Source: an uncultured Pirellulales bacterium (lineage in GTDB: Bacteria; Planctomycetota; Planctomycetia; Pirellulales; Thermoguttaceae). Taken from it: DNA of 64,000 nucleotides. The stretch lies in NCBI GenBank assembly GCA_938015445.1, contig CALLPE010000011.1:29438-93437 (forward strand), in the 5' to 3' direction. Shown in pieces: positions 58,852 to 64,000 of this stretch. A model generated the notes under the pieces. It was not told the DNA's origin and made no database searches. It worked only from the letters and a program-made list of their open reading frames with translations. Position numbers and translations under genes: made by a program. Every line of letters starts with the position of its first letter. Position 1 is the first letter of the stretch.

Positions 58852-60237
58852 CTAGGGAAGCTCTGCCACAAAGCGCCGCAGTCGCGCCTCGAGCATCGGC
58901 CACCCCTCGCCGAATACGGCGGTAAAGTCGGCTGTGCGCTGCTGGGGTGGATAATCGGCCAGCGCGGGCCGCGCCGCAGTGCGCGCCAAGTAACGAGCGA
59001 ACCGATCGGCTTGCGTTTCGGTCAAATAGAAGCACAGTGCCCACGCCGCAGCGTAGGCCGCCGCCGGTTGCGCCGCGAATAAGTCGTCCGTAGCGATCAG
59101 CGACGCCAATAACTGCCCATCGCCCTGCGGAGAAACTAGCCGACGGAAATCGGCCAAGCGCTGATGGTTGATCCGATCGGCCAGCAAGGGCCGCCGCCGG
59201 CTGTCGTACACGCCTGGTGCCTCGAACATCGTGGCCAGCCCTTCGGCAAGCCACACCGGGGTGGGCGCCAGGCGGTTGTGAATTCCCACGTTGAACGCCG
59301 CTTGGTGCGCCGCTTCGTGAAGGATTACGCCGTCGAGCAGGTTTCGGGCCTCTTCGGACTGATCGGCAGCGTCGTACACCACGATGCGGTTGGTTTCTAC
59401 CGAGTACCAGCCGTGTAACTGCGCCATCGCTGCCGAACTGGACCTGGGCATCAACCGCTCGAACTCGCGCCGATCGCGACACACCACCGCCAATAGCGGA
59501 AACTGCGGCTGATTAAGGCGGAAACCACGCACCGTGTAATAATGCACGAAACAGCGGTACAGTTCCTCGAACCGCTGCGACCAGCGGTCGGGTTTGCCTA
59601 CCGGATGCGCTACCAGATAGTGGCTGGTACCGGTCACTTGGTAGTCGGGCCCTAGCTCGCCGAGCAGCGCGGCGCGCAATTCAGAGACCGAGAAGGGACG
59701 AAAACGCCCGGCTGTGACGCGGAAATCACGCACTTCCGCCATCCGCACATTCCACAGCCGCCCGTCGCGCCCCAGCAATCGCAAATGGGTCTGGTCCCAT
59801 GCCAGCGGCGCCCCTTCTATCGTCCGACCGGCGACAATCAGCTCGATCATCATTTCGGGCGTCGGTGAGCTGGCCGCCGATAACAAACCAGCGGACCAAA
59901 TAACAAGTCCCGTCGCCACCAGCACTGCGCAGGCCGCCGTCCACCGGCCGCTGAGGTGTCGGTGGGCAACGTGGTAGCGTACACCGCTGCCAGCGAGATT
60001 CAGATTGCGCGGCTTCATGGAAAGTCTCGGTTGTCGGCGCCGGCGGCGCTGCCATACCCGCTGTGCGAGCTGTGCCGCACCGCCGAACACCTGGGAAGCG
60101 TGCCCTCGCCCGCCGGCAATGCCAGCGCCGCCTGTTGCAGTCTTTGCGAATTTAGCGCGTGTTGCAGTCTTTACAAATTTAGCTTGCGCGGCGGGCCGAT
60201 GCCGGCGCTGATTCCTTGCGCCCGGAGGCTCTCCCAT
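58852..60237 (-). CDS. DUF1570-family protein (second paralog) with an HExxH motif.
   Basis: 'ILHEAAHQAAFNVGIHNRLAPTPVWLAEGLATMFE' aligned to 29844..31019. N-terminal signal/TM 'WTAACAVLVATGLVIWSAGLL'. Confidence 0.7.
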   Translation of the reverse strand: MGEPPGARNQRRHRPAAQAKFVKTATRAKFAKTATGGAGIAGGRGHASQVFGGAAQLAQRVWQRRRRRQPRLSMKPRNLNLAGSGVRYHVAHRHLSGRWTAACAVLVATGLVIWSAGLLSAASSPTPEMMIELIVAGRTIEGAPLAWDQTHLRLLGRDGRLWNVRMAEVRDFRVTAGRFRPFSVSELRAALLGELGPDYQVTGTSHYLVAHPVGKPDRWSQRFEELYRCFVHYYTVRGFRLNQPQFPLLAVVCRDRREFERLMPRSSSAAMAQLHGWYSVETNRIVVYDAADQSEEARNLLDGVILHEAAHQAAFNVGIHNRLAPTPVWLAEGLATMFEAPGVYDSRRRPLLADRINHQRLADFRRLVSPQGDGQLLASLIATDDLFAAQPAAAYAAAWALCFYLTETQADRFARYLARTAARPALADYPPQQRTADFTAVFGEGWPMLEARLRRFVAELP

Positions 60238-60290
60238 CGGCCAAAACGTAGCCGATGGCCGCGCGGCACTCTAAAATTGCCTTAGCAAGC

Positions 60291-60396
60291 GGTGGTTGGG
60301 GGCGCCTGGGGGGAATGGCTACCAGGCCAAGCCCTGGCCGAGCGAACGGATGACTGGTGGTTGGGGGCGCCTGGGGCCAATCGCTACCAGGGCGAG
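60291..60396. repeat. Two copies of a 41-nt GC-rich direct repeat (GGTGGTTGGGGGCGCCTGGGGssAATsGCTACCAGGsCrAG) spaced 65 nt apart, in the divergent promoter region between 58852..60237 and 60480..61769.
   Basis: 36 of 41 identical positions between copies at 60291 and 60356. Confidence 0.75.
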
Positions 60397-60479
60397 CACC
60401 GGCGCGCGATGCCAGAACAGCATAGTCTCTGGCTACTTGAGGGCGATGCGTTTATATAGGAAGCACCAGGGAGCAGTCG

Positions 60480-61769
60480 ATGTTGACTTCGATCGTCTTG
60501 TACGCCTCTGTGACATCCTTTTTTATGGCGGCATCCGCCGGGCAGCAACCGGTGGCAAGCCAGCAGGAGCTTGACGCCCAGGTGCGCCAACTGGTCCGCC
60601 AGTTGGGCAGCCCGCAATTGGCCCAGCGAGAAGCAGCCGAAGAAGCACTGCTGAAGCTTGGCCCCAGCGCGCTGGAACTGTTGCCGACCAGCGATGATCC
60701 GGAAGTGAAAGTCCGCCTGGAGCGCGTTCGTCAGCGGCTATTGAAGACGGTTGCTGAGACAGCCGCCCAGGCCAGCCGCGTGAGCATCAGCAGCCAGTCG
60801 ATTACACTATCCGATGCGTTATCGGCGTTGCAACAGCAAAGCGGCAATAAGTTGGTGGACTGGCGCCAGCGCTTCGGCCAGCAGGTCACGAATCCAGTGC
60901 TCGCGCTGCAATTCGAAGATGTCCCTTTCTGGCAAGCGCTTGATGAACTGTTGGATCAAGCTGGGCTTGCCGTCTATCCGTTCGGCGCCAGCGATGCCAT
61001 CCACCTGGTGGCCCGCGACCAGCACCAATTGCCGCGCAGGGGAAGATGCGCTTATTGCGGGCCGTTCCGTGTCGAGGCCGTGGCGGTCACCGCCCAACGC
61101 GACTTGCGCGACCCCGGCGGAGATTCGCTGCGGTTGACCTTAGAGGTGGCCTGGGAGCCTCGGTTGCGTCCGATTCTGGTCAAACAGCGCATGGCCGAGC
61201 TGAAGGCCACCGACGAACACGGTCAGCCGCTGGTATTGCAAAATCCAACGGCGGAACTGGAAGTGCCTATTCCGCCGCAAGGCAGCGCAGCCAATCTGCC
61301 GGTGCCCTTTCACTTGCCGCCGCGCAGCACGGCCAGCATCGCGCGCTTGGAGGGAACGTTGTGGGCGCTTGCTCCGGGACGGGTCGAGGAGTTCCGTTTC
61401 GACGATTTGCCCAATGCCCGCAGCGCTCAGCGACGGCTCGGTGGTGCTACGGTCAGCCTGGCACGCGTTCAAAAAAGCGACGATCTGTGGCAAGTCTTCA
61501 TCCGCTTGCGGTTGGACGAACCAGGACAAGCGTTCGAATCGCATCGCGGCTGGGTGCTGGGCAACGAGGCGTTCCTGGAAGGCCCGGACCGCCAGCGCAC
61601 AGCGCCGCACAGTTTTGAAATGACTTCCCGCCAGCCAAACGAAGTGGGCTTCGTTTACAACTTCTCCCTGCCGCAGCCACTGGATAGATACACCTTTGTT
61701 TACCGCACGCCCACCCGCGTGCTGCCGATTTCGGTTCAGTACACGCTGAAGGATATCCGGCTGCCGTAA
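60480..61769 (+). CDS. Hypothetical secreted protein.
   Basis: Signal peptide 'MLTSIVLYASVTSFFMAASAG', long ORF, no recognised domain. Confidence 0.55.
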   Translation: MLTSIVLYASVTSFFMAASAGQQPVASQQELDAQVRQLVRQLGSPQLAQREAAEEALLKLGPSALELLPTSDDPEVKVRLERVRQRLLKTVAETAAQASRVSISSQSITLSDALSALQQQSGNKLVDWRQRFGQQVTNPVLALQFEDVPFWQALDELLDQAGLAVYPFGASDAIHLVARDQHQLPRRGRCAYCGPFRVEAVAVTAQRDLRDPGGDSLRLTLEVAWEPRLRPILVKQRMAELKATDEHGQPLVLQNPTAELEVPIPPQGSAANLPVPFHLPPRSTASIARLEGTLWALAPGRVEEFRFDDLPNARSAQRRLGGATVSLARVQKSDDLWQVFIRLRLDEPGQAFESHRGWVLGNEAFLEGPDRQRTAPHSFEMTSRQPNEVGFVYNFSLPQPLDRYTFVYRTPTRVLPISVQYTLKDIRLP

Positions 61770-61899
61770 ACACTGGCTGGCGGCTGCGGCTTCTTACAGC
61801 GCCGCTACCGATTTTACGGCTTTTACGGCGCGCCAGCGGAGCGGTGCAACTGTATCGGCTAGGGCATGCAGAGTCCGCCGGCCACGTTGACGCGGAACA

Positions 61900-63045
61900 T
61901 CAGCGCACTTCCAGCATGCGTTGCAGAGCTTCCAGCGCCCAGCGGGCGGTTTCCGGTTCCACTTCGATCACATTGACCGGGGTGCCGGCTGCCAGATTCT
62001 CCAGCGCCCAGCACAGGTGCGGTAAGTCGATGCGATACATCGTCGCGCACATGCACACAGCCGGCGAAAGGAAATGGATTTCCAACTCGGGATGTTCCCG
62101 TTTTAGCCGGTTGACCAGATGCAGCTCGGTGCCGATGGCCCAGCGCGTCCCCGGCGCAGCTTGCTCGATCGTCTGGATGATCTTGCTAGTGCTGCCCACC
62201 ACGTCGGCCTTATCCACTACTTCCATCATGCATTCCGGGTGGACGACGATTTTGATGTCTGGATATTTGGCGCGGAAGCGATCTACATGCTGGGGCTGAA
62301 AGACCTGATGAACGCTGCAATAGCCGCGCCACAAGATCACCCGACTGCCACGGATTTCCTCCGCCGAGTTGCCTCCCAGCGGCTCCTTCCGCGGATGCCA
62401 CACCGGCATCTGTTCCAACGGAATGCCGAGGGTTCGTGCGGTGTTTCGCCCCAAGTGCTGGTCGGGGAAGAACAGTACCCGGCTCCGTCGGGCCAATGCC
62501 CATTCCAGCGCCGCCCGCGCGTTAGAAGATGTACAAACGATACCCCCGTGCCGACCGCAAAAGGCCTTCAGCGCTGCCGAGGAGTTGACGTAAGTGATAG
62601 GCATCAGATCTTCGGTGTCGATCACTTCGCCAAGCTGCTGCCAGCAGCGCTCGACTTGTTCGATATTGGCCATGTCGGCCAACGAGCAGCCGGCGGCCAA
62701 GTCGGGCAGAACGACCGTCACGCGGCGTCCCTCGCGCTGCGCAAGCCGCTCCGGCCGGTTGGCCAGAATATCTGCCGTCTCGGCCATGAAGTGTACGCCG
62801 CAGAAGACGATGGCTTGGCAATCCTTGTTGGCGGCCGCCTGAGCGCTGAGCTGATAGCTGTCGCCGCGCAGGTCCGACAGGGCGATCACTTCGTCGCGCT
62901 GATAATGATGACCAAGCAGCAGCAAACGATTGCCCATTTGCCGGCGCACAGCCTGGATACGGGCGACCAGTTCGTCAGCCTCCAGCAATCGGTACGGCGC
63001 GAACTGCAAACCGCTTTCCGCTGCATTTTGCATCGTTGTGGACAT
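61900..63045 (-). CDS. nadA: Quinolinate synthase A.
   Basis: 'ILLLGHHYQRDEVIALSD', 'FCGVHFMAETADI', 'IVVHPECMMEVVDKADVVGSTSKII' and Cys ligands (CSLAD ... CSVHQ ... CMCATM). Start chosen at the ATG at 63045 after 'GGTGGAG'; the ORF opens at 63339. Confidence 0.9.
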   Translation of the reverse strand: MSTTMQNAAESGLQFAPYRLLEADELVARIQAVRRQMGNRLLLLGHHYQRDEVIALSDLRGDSYQLSAQAAANKDCQAIVFCGVHFMAETADILANRPERLAQREGRRVTVVLPDLAAGCSLADMANIEQVERCWQQLGEVIDTEDLMPITYVNSSAALKAFCGRHGGIVCTSSNARAALEWALARRSRVLFFPDQHLGRNTARTLGIPLEQMPVWHPRKEPLGGNSAEEIRGSRVILWRGYCSVHQVFQPQHVDRFRAKYPDIKIVVHPECMMEVVDKADVVGSTSKIIQTIEQAAPGTRWAIGTELHLVNRLKREHPELEIHFLSPAVCMCATMYRIDLPHLCWALENLAAGTPVNVIEVEPETARWALEALQRMLEVR

Positions 63046-63354
63046 GGCAAGAATCTCCACCGCAGCACTAGGGATTTTTGCGATCCCGTTTCTGCATCGC
63101 ACAGCAGAGCCATTGCAATTGTAGCTATGTGGTTGGCTACGGCAATGCTTGGCGTGCAGCCGGGTGTCCGCTGAAAAAAAGGGCAAAAAGCCGGTCGAGC
63201 TTACTCCGCCAGGCAGCGGTGGATCGGCAAAGCAATGCTTTGACCGGTCAGCAAGCAACGTGTAATTTAACATAGGCGTTTTCAAATTTTTTCGAAGTCC
63301 CACGACTTCTAATTTTTTCGACGTCCCCCGACGTTGCACTGTGGAGGCCTTGCC

Positions 63355-64000
63355 ATGATGCTCCGCGGAATGGTTGCAACTGCATTGCTGTCGGCCTGCG
63401 CCGTAGCGGCTTCAGGCTCGGATGAAAAAAAGTTCGTCACCGTCCTGATAGAAGCTGAAAGCTTCGACGAGCTAGGCGGCTGGGTCATCGATCAGCAGTT
63501 TATGGACCAGATGGGCTCGCCGGTACTGCTGGCCCACGGACTAGGTGTCCCGGTGCACGATGCCACCACGAAGATAGCGATATCGCAAGCGGGCCAGTAC
63601 CGCGTTTGGGTGCGCACCCGCGATTGGGCGGCACCGTGGCGAAAGCCCGGTCAACCGTGGGAGCCGCCGGGCAAGTTTCAAGTTCTCATAGACGGCAAGC
63701 CACTGCCGGCAGTGTTTGGGACCGAACGGGCTGAATGGCACTGGCAGGACGGGGGGACAGTGGAACTGCGCGCCGGAGAAATCACCTTGGGTTTGAGGGA
63801 CTTGACCGGCTTCGATGGCCGCTGCGATGCTATCGTGCTTACCACCGATATGAATCTAGTGCCGCCCAACGACCAGCAGCCCGAGCGCTCCGTGGAGCCG
63901 GCCGGAAACGATCGCACTCAGCTAGCGGCCTTCCGCCGCAAACTGCTGGGCTTGCCCCAGCAGCCGCCGGACGCCGGACAGTTCGACTTCGTGGTAGTCG
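63355..64000 (+). CDS. Secreted hypothetical protein, 3'-truncated by the window edge.
   Basis: ATG at 63355 with signal peptide 'MMLRGMVATALLSACAVAASG'. Open frame to the end of the window; it is absent from the ORF track because no stop falls in the window. Confidence 0.55.
   Translation, partial: MMLRGMVATALLSACAVAASGSDEKKFVTVLIEAESFDELGGWVIDQQFMDQMGSPVLLAHGLGVPVHDATTKIAISQAGQYRVWVRTRDWAAPWRKPGQPWEPPGKFQVLIDGKPLPAVFGTERAEWHWQDGGTVELRAGEITLGLRDLTGFDGRCDAIVLTTDMNLVPPNDQQPERSVEPAGNDRTQLAAFRRKLLGLPQQPPDAGQFDFVVV

Noticed and set aside
57163-59082. 639-aa plus-strand ORF.
   Set aside because: Leu-rich mirror image of the minus-strand coiled-coil gene (CAG/GAG/CTG-rich DNA reads as L/Q on the opposite strand). 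It has no sensible N-terminus or motifs and extends through the upstream repeat array.
1-64000. CRISPR arrays.
   Set aside because: All tandem repeats found are short (2-6 units), lack unique spacers of uniform length, or are coding (the heptad gene). No cas genes are present.
1-64000. tRNA and rRNA genes.
   Set aside because: Scanning for T-loop consensus (GGTTCGAATCC and variants) and rRNA signatures found nothing. I cannot exclude a divergent tRNA without tRNAscan.

Overview
The window reads as a high-GC (~60%+) chromosomal segment, probably from a Planctomycetota-like bacterium. The placement rests on several lineage-typical protein families (a DUF1559-like domain, two DUF1570 paralogs, a 'WPQWRGP' PQQ-like beta-propeller, ECF sigma/anti-sigma pairs) and many secreted or membrane hypotheticals. 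No CRISPR array, tRNA or rRNA gene was found.

Three regions stand out:
- 1-9.9 kb looks accessory. A 5'-truncated gene is translationally coupled to a 1704-aa protein that ends in a HerA/FtsK/VirB4-type P-loop ATPase (Walker A GLPGMGKTT, Walker B IVFDEAHR, ASQ sensor). A decayed IS5/IS1182-type transposase remnant and two secreted CAZyme-like genes follow. The gene pair is a candidate defence module, possibly a DptG/DptH (Dnd-restriction)-like pair.
- 10-46 kb is mostly housekeeping (trmB, rhomboid protease, FabZ-like dehydratase, a missed 32-aa basic protein, trpD, infA, lysA, leuS, aroC, purC, folC, nadA), interleaved with lineage-specific genes. These include a tandem pair of paralogous secreted proteins, two DUF1570 HExxH paralogs, an SPFH protein with a YbjN-like tail, and an ECF sigma coupled to an anti-sigma factor carrying a DUF1559-like domain.
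- 46.8-56.4 kb holds an unusual envelope-type cluster. A secreted protein is built from about 35 heptad repeats 'CPxxxTx' (one Cys and one Thr per 7 residues). It is followed by two translationally coupled giant polytopic membrane proteins (939 and 1188 aa), each with two GldG/ThuA-like domains. A GT-C (DUF2029/GT87-like) membrane protein is transcribed divergently.

Several intergenic repeat structures are also described: four copies of the palindrome GATTGCAATC upstream of lysA, a perfect 20-bp tandem duplication, three tandem terminator-like hairpins, a 41-nt direct repeat and REP-like elements.
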